This document shows positions 26,472 through 35,829 of a stretch of DNA of 64,000 bases, piece by piece. The DNA is from a virus, in IMG/VR virus record IMGVR_UViG_3300045997_000112, positions 1-64,000 of that record; one strand, 5' to 3'. Both the position numbers and the translations under genes were made by a program. Each line of letters starts with the position of its first letter. Within the stretch, counting starts at the first letter, position 1. The notes under the pieces are model-generated. The model was not told the origin of the DNA and ran no database searches. It saw only the letters and a program-made list of their open reading frames with translations.

Positions 26472-27047
26472 CTACTCCCTGAACTTCGGATCGGACAACT
26501 TCTCGATCACGGACTTCTCCACTGCGCCTTGTGGTACCCCACGAACGATACGGGCAATCCCGTACGCGTCGATGGCATTGTCGTTGGGGATGTCCACGCC
26601 GTACCTCTTGTACGCCGCCAAGAGCATATGGCTCTTCTGTGAAGACTTCGCGTTCCCGATCACGAACTTCTTCAGGGTGAGGGGCGGAACGATCAGGGGC
26701 TGATGGGCGTGCTCGAACAGGGTCACCTTGACCACCCCGGCGAGCTCTCCCAACACTGAGGCGCTGGCCGAGTGCACGACAGTGCCCTCCATGGCCACGT
26801 CGTCGTAGTTCCACCCCTTCAGCACCAGCTGCAGGTACTGCTTGATCTCGAACAGCCGCTCAGCGCCCCGGGCCTTCGACTGGAGCACCCCGATCTCGTA
26901 GTGGTCGAAGGAGTCCAACGCGCAAACCGCAAACCCGGTCAGAGATTGGTCGATGCCCAGCCAGATGCCCTCCTCATCATTGAGGCCAGCGCCGTCATGG
27001 TTGGTGTACTGCTGCACGACGGGCTTGCTGATGACGCTCACCTTCAT
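26472..27047 (-). CDS. ruvC: RuvC-like Holliday junction resolvase
   Basis: LGIDQSLT, VAMEG, LGELAG, P.TLKKF..G, DNAIDA. Confidence 0.88.
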   Translation of the reverse strand: MKVSVISKPVVQQYTNHDGAGLNDEEGIWLGIDQSLTGFAVCALDSFDHYEIGVLQSKARGAERLFEIKQYLQLVLKGWNYDDVAMEGTVVHSASASVLGELAGVVKVTLFEHAHQPLIVPPLTLKKFVIGNAKSSQKSHMLLAAYKRYGVDIPNDNAIDAYGIARIVRGVPQGAVEKSVIEKLSDPKFRE

Positions 27048-27355
27048 CGAGGATCCACCCGCGCCACGCAGATATCGGATCCACCGTTCAGACCGGTCCA
27101 CGTACCGCCGCTGGTGAGGCATGCCAGCTCCGCCTTCTGGCCACGGTTCCCGGCGTCCTGCTGCCAGAAGAACACCAGCGCCGCGACGATGCCCACGACC
27201 AGCACGATGCCGAAGCCCCACATGAACGCGACGAGCCGCTCGGTCAGGTTGTCCCGGCGTCTCCGGTCCACGTCCTCCTTGAGCGAGGCCATCCGGTACT
27301 CGTGGTCCCGTTCCTGCTGGACCCAGTCCCCATCGACACTGCTCATGGCTGCCAC
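27044..27355 (-). CDS. membrane protein
   Basis: single TM, C...GG.W...C tail. Confidence 0.65.
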   Translation of the reverse strand: MAAMSSVDGDWVQQERDHEYRMASLKEDVDRRRRDNLTERLVAFMWGFGIVLVVGIVAALVFFWQQDAGNRGQKAELACLTSGGTWTGLNGGSDICVARVDPR

Positions 27356-27807
27356 GTCCGCTGGCGGCTCTTCACGTCACCCGTCCGACGGGTCAGCTCC
27401 CGGCTGAGCAGGGCAGCGTCCCGGTCGTAGTTGTTGAACAGGGCCTCCAGGAGCTTCCGGTACGCCTCGGCCTCCAGCCACTCCTGGGCCAGCTTCTCGT
27501 GCTCGTCGGACGCCTTGATCTCGGCCCGGGCGACGGTGACCTTGTCTCCCTTGAGGAGGGCCCGCTGCTCCATCCGCTCGATCTTCTTGGCCAGCCGCTT
27601 CTCGTCAGAGTAGGCGATCGCCACCTGCACGGCCATGTAGTCCGTCCACGCCGTGAACTCAGTCCAGATCCCCATCAATGAGGCGTCATCCAGCTCCGTG
27701 GGATCCCGAGGCAGGTCCGGAGGCTGGTGCTTGGGCTGGGTGGGCAGGGCGATCCCCTGCTGGATGACCTGGGCCTCGCCGGTGTTGCGCTTGATCAGTC
27801 CCATCAT
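27343..27807 (-). CDS. helical coiled-coil protein (possible recombination mediator)
   Basis: GAAGGAG RBS; AYRKL...LSRELTRR. Confidence 0.7.
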   Translation of the reverse strand: MMGLIKRNTGEAQVIQQGIALPTQPKHQPPDLPRDPTELDDASLMGIWTEFTAWTDYMAVQVAIAYSDEKRLAKKIERMEQRALLKGDKVTVARAEIKASDEHEKLAQEWLEAEAYRKLLEALFNNYDRDAALLSRELTRRTGDVKSRQRTWQP

Positions 27808-28019
27808 TGCTCCTTCAGTCTCATGATCTCTCTGCGGATGTACCACGCCGCCTTCTCGAGGTCCTCGATCTCCGCATCCCTGGTGGGGTTCTTCAGGCCA
27901 GCGCGGGCGATGTACTTCACGGCATTGCCTCTGTTGAAATTCATCTGCTCCGTGAGGTCGATGATCTCCAGGCCCTTGTACGCGGTGTAGTGGCTGGGGT
28001 GGTTTACCGGGTCGTTCAT
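27804..28019 (-). CDS. DUF3310-like protein
   Basis: DPVNHPSHY, FNRGNAVKY..RAG.K, EDLEKAAWY. Confidence 0.9.
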   Translation of the reverse strand: MNDPVNHPSHYTAYKGLEIIDLTEQMNFNRGNAVKYIARAGLKNPTRDAEIEDLEKAAWYIRREIMRLKEQ

Positions 28020-28162
28020 CGTCCTCCTCGGAACGCAGTGACCTCGAGGGCCACATGGAAGTTGTGGTGCTGGAAGGGGTCCCGGATGAGCGCCCCGCAC
28101 TTCTTGCACACCCACCAGTCCGGGTGTCCCTCCAGGACGATGTGACTGTTCGCCCACTCCAT
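28016..28162 (-). CDS. C2H2-type microprotein
   Basis: CKKCGALI...H..FH; coupled on both sides. Confidence 0.6.
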   Translation of the reverse strand: MEWANSHIVLEGHPDWWVCKKCGALIRDPFQHHNFHVALEVTAFRGGR

Positions 28163-28902
28163 CAGTACGCCTCGCAAGGGCAGTCATCGGCGAACGAGCA
28201 GACCGGCGGGGAGCTCACCAGCACCCCGTCGTGGTCAGGGAACAAGGTGGCCAGCTTCTCGAGCGTGACGGCGATCCAGTCCTCGTCGTACTTGGCCGTG
28301 AACTCCCGGGCCGCCTGGTCCTCCTTGCACTCGTACAGGAAGATCAGGTCCTCGAGATCCGGGAAGGGTCCCTGGCGCAGGACCCAGGCGTAGAACATCG
28401 CCTGACGCATGTGATCGTTGAACGGCCGCGTGATCATTCGGAACGAGGCGCTCAACCCTCCCTGGATCGGGAAGTTGTTCATCCGCAGGGTGCCGAGACC
28501 GATCGACTTGATCTCCAGCAGGTAGGGCTTGTCGACGAACACCACCCCATCGGCCCGGCCGTCCACCCGATAGTTCGGGTACTTCACCGGCACCTCGGCA
28601 CCGATCAGGATCTCAGCGCCCTCCAGCCAACGTTGCCACTTCTCGTGGATGGCATGGCCCTCCTCGAAGATGGAGAGCATCTGCATCCCGGGCTTGGCCT
28701 CAACCTTGGTGTGGCCCGAGAGCAGGTACCACCCCTCGCGGGGGCACCACGAGGGCTTGGTGATCTCTGATGGATGAAGGACATCCGAGGCCCTGGGATC
28801 TCGAGGCTGGCTGAGCAGGTACCGCTCAACTAGCCCAAGCATCACCGTCGGCTTCTTCTTCGTCTCCAGGTGCTTCCTCAAGCTGTTCTTCGCCTGCGCC
28901 AT
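28162..28902 (-). CDS. Cas4-like PD-(D/E)xK exonuclease
   Basis: HPSE...CPR, GHAIH, GRADG, LEIKS, Q...Y, C-terminal Cys cluster. Confidence 0.85.
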   Translation of the reverse strand: MAQAKNSLRKHLETKKKPTVMLGLVERYLLSQPRDPRASDVLHPSEITKPSWCPREGWYLLSGHTKVEAKPGMQMLSIFEEGHAIHEKWQRWLEGAEILIGAEVPVKYPNYRVDGRADGVVFVDKPYLLEIKSIGLGTLRMNNFPIQGGLSASFRMITRPFNDHMRQAMFYAWVLRQGPFPDLEDLIFLYECKEDQAAREFTAKYDEDWIAVTLEKLATLFPDHDGVLVSSPPVCSFADDCPCEAY

Positions 28903-29200
28903 CGAGTAGTCCCAACCTCTCAAGGTCCTCACGGGTCACGTAGTCCGGCAGGTCCTTGCGCCGATGGAGTGTCTTGCGCTCCCGCGAGGACATCCCTCCC
29001 CAGACCCCGTGCTGGTCTGGCATGACTAGAGCATATAGCAGGCATTCTCTAATGACTGGACACCTAGGGTTCCCCAACGTTGGATTCCCATGGCATACCG
29101 CACGGGCCTGGTCAGCGTGCTTCGAGTACGTGGAATCCCGGGGCGGGTAGAACAGCTCGGTATCGTGCCCATCACACTTCGCCTGCTCCTGCCATGCCAT
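28826..29200 (-). CDS. whiB: WhiB family transcription factor
   Basis: W...AKC...D.ELFYP, C...CPV..ECL.YAL, GVWGG...RER. Confidence 0.93.
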   Translation of the reverse strand: MAWQEQAKCDGHDTELFYPPRDSTYSKHADQARAVCHGNPTLGNPRCPVIRECLLYALVMPDQHGVWGGMSSRERKTLHRRKDLPDYVTREDLERLGLLDGAGEEQLEEAPGDEEEADGDAWAS

Positions 29201-29513
29201 AGGCGCGCTCCGTCAGCTCGTCGAAGTCATCCTCGGACAGGATGAAGTAGTCCTTCCCATCCAGATGGAACGCCAGAATGGGCATCTTCGACTCCATTAG
29301 ACCAATGTTGTGAATGGTCCTCAACCACTCGGCCTTGATGGAGATGGACTTCTTGGCACCGGTGTACTTGTGCTCGATCACGTACCGGAGTGCTCGGACA
29401 TCTCCCTTGCGACTCCAGAACGATCCGGATCCTGCGTTCGTTGTTCCGTCGTACCGCTTGGCCAACCGGCGCTCGTGCTTCTGCGACTGGATCTGGCCCT
29501 CTGTCTTCGCCAC
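29172..29513 (-). CDS. Hjc-like PD-(D/E)xK endonuclease
   Basis: HE.RLA, GSG...KGDV, IEHKYT. Confidence 0.75.
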   Translation of the reverse strand: MAKTEGQIQSQKHERRLAKRYDGTTNAGSGSFWSRKGDVRALRYVIEHKYTGAKKSISIKAEWLRTIHNIGLMESKMPILAFHLDGKDYFILSEDDFDELTERAYGMAGAGEV

Positions 29514-29520
29514 TGTTCTC

Positions 29521-31515
29521 CTACGAGTTGCTGACCACCCTGCCCGCTCCATCGGCGGATGCGCTCCAGGTGTTGTCCCGACATTGATAGTTGGAGACCG
29601 TACCCGACGGAGCCGCTTCCGACCCGTGGATCCGGTTCCCGTCCTTCCCGGTGTAGTTGGCGTTCCCGATGAGTCCCCAGAAGTTGTTGGCGTTGACCTG
29701 CAGGGTGTCCACGTCGTTGCACCGGATCAGCCAGGTGGCCTGAGCTGCACCCACGGTGGCGGTGAACTTGTTGCCCCAGACGTAGAAGCCCGAGATCCGG
29801 CCGCCGGTGTTGTCGTTCACGTCGGTGTCCAGCCATGGGTAGTTCTTGGACACCCACCCACCGGCATGGTTCTTCATGTGCCCGTTCGCGGTGAACGTGT
29901 TGTCGTGGACGAAGATGCTGTGCTGGGTCTGCGGGACGTTCGATCGGCTCTCGAAGGCGAACCCCCGAACATTGTGGTTGAAGTGGTTGGCCTTGACCTG
30001 CACCTCCCGGAAGGCGATGAGGTGCACCGTCCCTCGAGAGGCCATGGTCGCCGACATGATGGTGTCGCTGCCCGGGTTGGAGCAGGCACCCACCTGGTCG
30101 AAGTGGTTGCCGTCGATCCGGATGTGCGAGTGGAGCTGGCTCAGACCTGGGTCGCCCACGCTGTACTTGTGGTTGCCGATGCTCGTCGGGTACGGGTATG
30201 TCCTCCAGCGCCGGAAGTGGCAGCCCCGGATCAGAATGTTGTGGCACACCGTGCCATCCGGATAGGTGCCCGCAGCCGTCGCGCCGTCCCAGGCGTAGTC
30301 GAAGTGCACCGCCTCGTCGTAGCCGGTGTCCCGAGGCGTCTGGTCCATGCCCGAGAACGTGCACCCGATGATCTTGATCTTGAAGTCCGAGTCGGCCATG
30401 TTCCGGACATCGCCGCCGTACGCCGCGCTGCCCGAGGAGTTGATCTCGATCCCGTGGCCCTTGGTGGTGGTGTTCCAGATGTGGGCGCCCTCAAGGTGGA
30501 ACGAGGGACAGTGCGAGATGGACCACGCGGTGCTCTTGGAGTTCCACTGGTCGAAGGCCCCGCCGTACCAGACGATGCCCCCGGCCCGGTTGTACCCGCC
30601 GTCGCCACGCGCCCCGTAGTTGGTCCGGTTGTCGTTGAAGAACTGGATGTTCTGGAAGGTGGCGGCGTTCGCATCCACCGTGATGCCACCCGGAACTCGA
30701 ACGGAGCTCGGGTTGCCTCCGTAGAAGGTGCCCCCGAGTCGAGCCTTCTTGTGCGCCGAGTTGTACGCCGCGTCCAAGCACGCCTGGATGGTCTGGGCGT
30801 TGCCCCCCGAGAGGGCCGTCACCTCGGTTGCCACTGGGATAGCGGTCACGGTGATGGGCACGGGCGCCGAGGTGGTCGATGCGCCGCCGTAGAGCTTGTT
30901 GGCGCGCACCCGCCACTGCCACGCCCCTGGCGTGTTGACGGTCCATGACTTGGTCTTGGCCGGGGAGGCGGTGTCCTGTCCAGCCCAGTACGTCCAGCCA
31001 CCACCGGGGGGCAGGTACTCCCAGGAGTAGGAGGACACCAGAGCGGGGGCCCCTGCGGTGGCCGTGAGGGTGACCACGGTCCCGTCCTGTGCCGAGGACG
31101 CTGAGATGCTCATGGACAGGGTCATGTGGGTGACCGTCGTGTCCACCGGAGCTGACTCGACCCGAGTGCCGTCGTATTGGATAGCGACGACCTTCCACTG
31201 CCACGCTCCCGGGCCCCAGGCCGTCCACGCGAACGAGGCGCCCAAGGGCCCGTGCTGGACCCAGGCACCACCGGGAACCTTGTACCACCACTCGTAGCTC
31301 TCCACGAATGATGGGATAGAAGGCACGGCGGTGTAGGTGACGCTGGCGCCCTCTGCGAGGGAGGCGACACTGGCCGAAATGGCCACGGTGCACCGGGCCA
31401 GTGATGTCCAGGTCCCGCCCTGGAACCGCTGGATGGACTTCACCGGACGGTACCCACCGTTGTACGCCTGGACGCTCTTCACATCCGAGTAGGTGCCGCC
31501 CAAGAAGCCCTTCAT
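29521..31515 (-). CDS. right-handed beta-helix (pectate-lyase-like) protein with two Ig/FN3-like repeats; putative depolymerase
   Basis: Two ~95-aa W-rich repeats (SY.W.Y..PGG.W...PGAWQW.V.A), IQACLDAA cap, HGIEINS, repeated I..N.F rungs. Confidence 0.75.
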   Translation of the reverse strand: MKGFLGGTYSDVKSVQAYNGGYRPVKSIQRFQGGTWTSLARCTVAISASVASLAEGASVTYTAVPSIPSFVESYEWWYKVPGGAWVQHGPLGASFAWTAWGPGAWQWKVVAIQYDGTRVESAPVDTTVTHMTLSMSISASSAQDGTVVTLTATAGAPALVSSYSWEYLPPGGGWTYWAGQDTASPAKTKSWTVNTPGAWQWRVRANKLYGGASTTSAPVPITVTAIPVATEVTALSGGNAQTIQACLDAAYNSAHKKARLGGTFYGGNPSSVRVPGGITVDANAATFQNIQFFNDNRTNYGARGDGGYNRAGGIVWYGGAFDQWNSKSTAWSISHCPSFHLEGAHIWNTTTKGHGIEINSSGSAAYGGDVRNMADSDFKIKIIGCTFSGMDQTPRDTGYDEAVHFDYAWDGATAAGTYPDGTVCHNILIRGCHFRRWRTYPYPTSIGNHKYSVGDPGLSQLHSHIRIDGNHFDQVGACSNPGSDTIMSATMASRGTVHLIAFREVQVKANHFNHNVRGFAFESRSNVPQTQHSIFVHDNTFTANGHMKNHAGGWVSKNYPWLDTDVNDNTGGRISGFYVWGNKFTATVGAAQATWLIRCNDVDTLQVNANNFWGLIGNANYTGKDGNRIHGSEAAPSGTVSNYQCRDNTWSASADGAGRVVSNS

Positions 31516-31520
31516 GCGGG

Positions 31521-32567
31521 TCAGTCTACGGAGCCCACATCTGGCAGCGTGGGGCTAAGAGCCCGGATCTCCTTCTCCAGGGACTCCCGAAGATCGGGTA
31601 GCTGACGCACGTCCGGAGGGATGCTGTCGATGCCCTGCCACTTGTGCTCGCCGTAGGAGTACCACGATCCGGCCCGCTCGATCACGCCCAGCATCACCCC
31701 GATGGCGGTCAGCTCCTTGCCGAAGTCGTAGTCCCCGGCGGCGCAGTCGATGGAGTCCGTGAAGTAGAAGTCCACGTAGGCGGTCTGCTGCGGCCGGGAG
31801 CTCTTGTTCTTGATGGTGCGGACCCGAATGTTCTGGCCGACCTTGACCTTGGCGGTCTTGGGGCCCTCCTCGATCCAGGCGTCCCGCTTCACCTCGACTC
31901 GAGCGAAGTAGGCGTAGTTCTTGCCCTGACCTCCCGGGGTGGTCTTGTCCGGCCCGTACATCACCCCGATCTTGGAGCGGTACTGCTGGATGACCAGGCC
32001 AAGGATGGGGCGCTCGTGCTCGATCAGGCTGCGCTTCATCACGGCGCCGGTCTTCCGGAAGAACTTGTTCACGATCCGGGCCTGCTGGCCCATCGTGTTG
32101 CCCTCCATGTCCTTCTCGTCCTCCGGTGAGGGGATGAGCGCAGGCATGCTGTCGATGACGATGCAGTCGATGTTCTTGGTCTCGGCGAACTTGAGCGCCG
32201 CGTCGAAGGCGTGCTCGCTGATGTTGGTCTCCACCACGAACACCCGGGTGGGATCGACGCCCAGCATCTCGGCGTAGCTCGGCACCCACTCCTCGGCCGC
32301 GATCCACACCGTGGTGAAGTCCGGGTCCAGGGCCTGGTTGGCGGCGATGGTCTTCATGGCGATGGCCGTCTTGCCGGACGACTCCTCGCCCACGATCTCG
32401 TTCCACTGGTTGCCCGGCCACCCACCGCCAAGGATGAGGTCCATCCCCAATGATCCGGTGGTGAACCGGGGAGTCATGTCACTCGTGATCTCGGACGCCC
32501 GGACCACCGTCCCGTGACCGTGCTTCTTGTTCAGGTCCTTCACGACCTGCATGACCAGTGGGTCCAT
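31521..32567 (-). CDS. recA: RecA recombinase
   Basis: TGSL..D..LGGG.P, GEESSGKT, VIDS, KIGVMYG, TPGG, IKNK, AGSWYSY. Confidence 0.95.
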   Translation of the reverse strand: MDPLVMQVVKDLNKKHGHGTVVRASEITSDMTPRFTTGSLGMDLILGGGWPGNQWNEIVGEESSGKTAIAMKTIAANQALDPDFTTVWIAAEEWVPSYAEMLGVDPTRVFVVETNISEHAFDAALKFAETKNIDCIVIDSMPALIPSPEDEKDMEGNTMGQQARIVNKFFRKTGAVMKRSLIEHERPILGLVIQQYRSKIGVMYGPDKTTPGGQGKNYAYFARVEVKRDAWIEEGPKTAKVKVGQNIRVRTIKNKSSRPQQTAYVDFYFTDSIDCAAGDYDFGKELTAIGVMLGVIERAGSWYSYGEHKWQGIDSIPPDVRQLPDLRESLEKEIRALSPTLPDVGSVD

Positions 32568-32734
32568 CAGAGCTCCTCGTCCTTCATGTGGGTGATCGTG
32601 CTGAGCATGTCCGTCAACGCGTCGATGTACCCGTCACGGTAGTCCGGGGATCTGACACCGCTGTTCTTCTTCTGCCAGACCGCCTTCTGCCGGGTGATCC
32701 AGACCCAGAGCTCGTTGAGGGTGTCCTCATCCAC
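32567..32734 (-). CDS. hypothetical protein
   Basis: overlap coupling. Confidence 0.6.
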   Translation of the reverse strand: MDEDTLNELWVWITRQKAVWQKKNSGVRSPDYRDGYIDALTDMLSTITHMKDEEL

Positions 32735-33108
32735 TACTGGACCTTGCCCACGATCTGCTGTGGGTTGTATCCAGCCGTGGGAACCTGGACCGCCGGGGTG
32801 GCCGGGCCGTCTGAGGTGGAGCCAGACAGGCCCTGGGTGCTGTTCTGGATGGCGAGGCCCTCCCCACACTCGAAGCACCGGGGCAGCATGTTCTTGCTCG
32901 GCGCCCCGTAGTTGGGACTGCCACAGTTGGGGCAGCCTCCACCCTGGGAGGGCACCGAGCCCAGCGGCTGCCGCGAGGGCTGCTGGAGCTGCTGATGGAC
33001 CTGCTGCGGGACCTGGGGCCGGGCCACCGGGATGGGCGGCAGCGGCTCCTGACGGACCGTCGGCTCGCCACGGAGCTTGCGGGCGTACCAATCGGCGCTG
33101 CTGCTCAT
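32734..33108 (-). CDS. zinc-ribbon protein
   Basis: CPNCGS.NY...RCFECG. Confidence 0.75.
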   Translation of the reverse strand: MSSSADWYARKLRGEPTVRQEPLPPIPVARPQVPQQVHQQLQQPSRQPLGSVPSQGGGCPNCGSPNYGAPSKNMLPRCFECGEGLAIQNSTQGLSGSTSDGPATPAVQVPTAGYNPQQIVGKVQ

Positions 33109-33281
33109 GAGGAGGGATCCAACTTCAGCTGGATCTCACCCTCGAGACAGGCGCCGCAGTAGTCCCGGCCCTGAATCTTGGCCCACCCGATGGGCATGCT
33201 CATCTTGTTGTAGATGAACTCGAACATGTGGCAGCCCTCGCACTGCCGCTTCATCACCTGGCCCACCTGGACGACACTCAC
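33105..33281 (-). CDS. zinc-finger microprotein
   Basis: CEGC...P.GW...DYCGAC. Confidence 0.65.
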   Translation of the reverse strand: MSVVQVGQVMKRQCEGCHMFEFIYNKMSMPIGWAKIQGRDYCGACLEGEIQLKLDPSS

Positions 33282-33859
33282 GCGATGTCCTTCCCGTTCA
33301 GCTTGATCTTGGGAACGTCCTTGACCCGGTACGCATCGATGAACTCCTGGGGGATGTCCCCGGCACCCTGAATCTCGTCCATCCAGATCCCACCGGTCAG
33401 CTTGAGGCCATCGATCTTCTTGGTGGCCAGCTCCTTCAGGGCCTTGGCCTTGGCCAGCTCCCGCTCATTGTCCAGGGCATCCCGGATGCGTCGGGCCTCC
33501 TCCTCGCGGAGTGCTCCCATCAGGAAGGACTCACTGTGAGTCCGGGGCGCCAACATTGACTTCAGCTCCTGGAGGTGGCGCTCAGTCTGAGCAGGGGTCT
33601 CCATGCGAAAGAACGCAGGGTCCTTCTCCACCCTGGGGTTGGTGGGATCGATCGGCGTCAGCCGCACGCTGACCCGGACGGCATCCCGGGACCCGTCATC
33701 CTCGTGCCGGATCTGGACGCGGAAGTCACGGGGGAAGTCTGCCCTCTCGTAGACCTCGGCGATCAGCTTCCGCTCCGCCTCCACGAGGGCCATGTCCTGC
33801 GACCGCTCGATGTACTCCTTGTTGACCCAGACATCCGAGCCATACCTGTTCTCCGTCAT
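33278..33859 (-). CDS. hypothetical protein
   Basis: codon bias, RBS. Confidence 0.7.
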   Translation of the reverse strand: MTENRYGSDVWVNKEYIERSQDMALVEAERKLIAEVYERADFPRDFRVQIRHEDDGSRDAVRVSVRLTPIDPTNPRVEKDPAFFRMETPAQTERHLQELKSMLAPRTHSESFLMGALREEEARRIRDALDNERELAKAKALKELATKKIDGLKLTGGIWMDEIQGAGDIPQEFIDAYRVKDVPKIKLNGKDIA

Positions 33860-33861
33860 GA

Positions 33862-35829
33862 TCACTTTCCTTCCGCCCATGTGTTCCCGATGCCAACCTC
33901 GGCGATGAGAGGAACCTTCATCGCTCCGATGCTGACACCCTCCATGGCCTCCTTCAAGGCGACGCGAGTTTCCTCGGCGATCGCATCGGGGGCCAGGACG
34001 ACCAACTCGTCGTGTACCGTCAATAGAAGTCTAGCCTCGTCTGGGACCATCCTGTACGCCCGGACCATCCCGATCTTCATGATGTCAGCGGCGCTGCCCT
34101 GGATCAGGGTGTTGAACGCCTTGCGCTGCCCGGACCCGAACTGGCCGCGATCCCGGGACAGCAACTCCGGGATGTACCGCCGCCGCCCGACCACCGTGGT
34201 GACGTAGGGCATGGGGCGCTTGGCCCGGGCATCCCGGATCACTCGGGCTTTGAGGCGACCGACCGCCGGGAATCGGTGCTCGAAGTCATCGAGCAACTCC
34301 TTGGCCTTCCCCACGGTGACACCATCAATGCGGTCGGCCAGCTTGTCCGGCCCGATGCCGTACGACATCGAGAGGACGAGCTCCTTGCCCGCCGCTCGAG
34401 TGATGTCCAGCGTGTCCGCGATCTCCTGGTACAGATCCCGGCCCGACAGGTAGGCCGCCATCATGACCGGGTCCTCGGAGAGGCTGGCAATGATGCGGGG
34501 CTCGATCTGGGAGTAGTCGCCCACGACCACCTTGCAGCCGGGGTCCGCGATGAACAGTCCCCGGACCACCTTGCCGTACTTGCCCCGACTGGGGATGTTC
34601 TGCAGGTTGGGGTTGGACGAGGACATGCGCCCGGTCTCGGTACCGGTCTGGTTGAACTGGGTGTGCACCCGGCCGTTGCGGAGGTGGGGCTCCTTCACCT
34701 TGCCTGCCGTGGTGGTCCCGCCGAGGTAGGGCACCAGGTAGGTGTCCATCAGCTTGGCGTACTCCGCGTGCTCCAACATTGACTTGACCAACGGGTTGCG
34801 GGAGTGGTGCTCCAGGGAGTCCGCATCCGTGCTGGGCTGGCCGTTCTTCTTGGTCATCTTGTACGGCTTGAGTCCCTGGCCCTGTGGTTTGGGAGAGTAG
34901 AGCACGCTGATCTTGTCGGCCGGAGAGGCGAAGTTGAACTCCCGGCCCGCCCGGCGGTACGCCTCCTGACGGCACCGATCGAGTTCCGCCTGGATCTCGG
35001 CCTGGAACACGAGCATGGCGCCCCGGTCCACGAGGGTCCCGGTCATCATCATGGCCATCACGGGTTCGAGGACGTCCATCTCAAGCTTGAGCAGGTGCTC
35101 GACGCCCAACTCCTTGATGAGCTGCATCTGCCTTTGGTACAGAAGCCAGTCCATCTTGGCGTCGAGCAGGCTGTACTTGGCGACATCCCCGAAGGAGTGC
35201 AGCAGGATGTTCTCGCCGATGCCCTTGTCCATGGCATAGCCCAACCGGCGCTTCACGGCGGACTGCAGCTTCAGGTACTGGTGCTGGATCCTGGAGTCAA
35301 TGATGGTCTCCATGATCTGGGTGCAGGCGTAAGGCGGCGTGGGTATGCCGGGCAGGTACTTGGCGATGCTGGGAGCGTCGAACTTCATGTTGTGGGCGAC
35401 CTTGATCTGGTCTCCCATGAACAGGGGCTCGAGCGTGGTGAACACCTCGGTGCGGCTCAGCTGCTCAGGCGGGGGCCCGAAGACTGGGCGCATCCGGGAG
35501 TCGGCCTGGCTCACGTCACTGGCACGGAGGGACTTGCCCTCCTTCAACCGGGCCAGACCGGACTTGAGCACCGGCGTGCGGTACTCGAGGAGGTCCCCGT
35601 TGCGGAAGCCCATGGGGATGACGTCAGCCCGGCCATAGGTGGCAAGGCTGAGCCACGCCACGTCATTGATGGCCGGGTCCAGCCGGTCCCGGGGATCCTC
35701 TGCCTGCGTCTCGATGTCGAAGGCGAAGGCGTCCTGCTTGCGGTAGTACGCGAGCAGAGACGCCAACTGTTCGGAGGTGGAGACGACAGGAACGGCGGGC
35801 CGCATGCGACCCGCCGTCCCCAGTGCCAT
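33862..35829 (-). CDS. polA: family A DNA polymerase (3'-5' exonuclease plus polymerase; start may be 35805)
   Basis: FDIET, AHNMKFD, TGRMSS..PNLQNIP, DYSQIEPR, K...LSMSYG, IQGSAADIMK, VHDE. Confidence 0.95.
   Translation of the reverse strand: MALGTAGRMRPAVPVVSTSEQLASLLAYYRKQDAFAFDIETQAEDPRDRLDPAINDVAWLSLATYGRADVIPMGFRNGDLLEYRTPVLKSGLARLKEGKSLRASDVSQADSRMRPVFGPPPEQLSRTEVFTTLEPLFMGDQIKVAHNMKFDAPSIAKYLPGIPTPPYACTQIMETIIDSRIQHQYLKLQSAVKRRLGYAMDKGIGENILLHSFGDVAKYSLLDAKMDWLLYQRQMQLIKELGVEHLLKLEMDVLEPVMAMMMTGTLVDRGAMLVFQAEIQAELDRCRQEAYRRAGREFNFASPADKISVLYSPKPQGQGLKPYKMTKKNGQPSTDADSLEHHSRNPLVKSMLEHAEYAKLMDTYLVPYLGGTTTAGKVKEPHLRNGRVHTQFNQTGTETGRMSSSNPNLQNIPSRGKYGKVVRGLFIADPGCKVVVGDYSQIEPRIIASLSEDPVMMAAYLSGRDLYQEIADTLDITRAAGKELVLSMSYGIGPDKLADRIDGVTVGKAKELLDDFEHRFPAVGRLKARVIRDARAKRPMPYVTTVVGRRRYIPELLSRDRGQFGSGQRKAFNTLIQGSAADIMKIGMVRAYRMVPDEARLLLTVHDELVVLAPDAIAEETRVALKEAMEGVSIGAMKVPLIAEVGIGNTWAEGK

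Noticed and set aside
28162-28902. Cas4-like gene as part of a CRISPR-Cas system
   Set aside because: No cas1 or cas2 and no repeat-spacer array; solo Cas4-like nucleases are common in phage recombination modules
31521-35829. Inteins or introns in recA or polA
   Set aside because: Lengths are normal and no splice-junction or LAGLIDADG motifs were seen; the ~45-aa exonuclease insertion lacks intein termini
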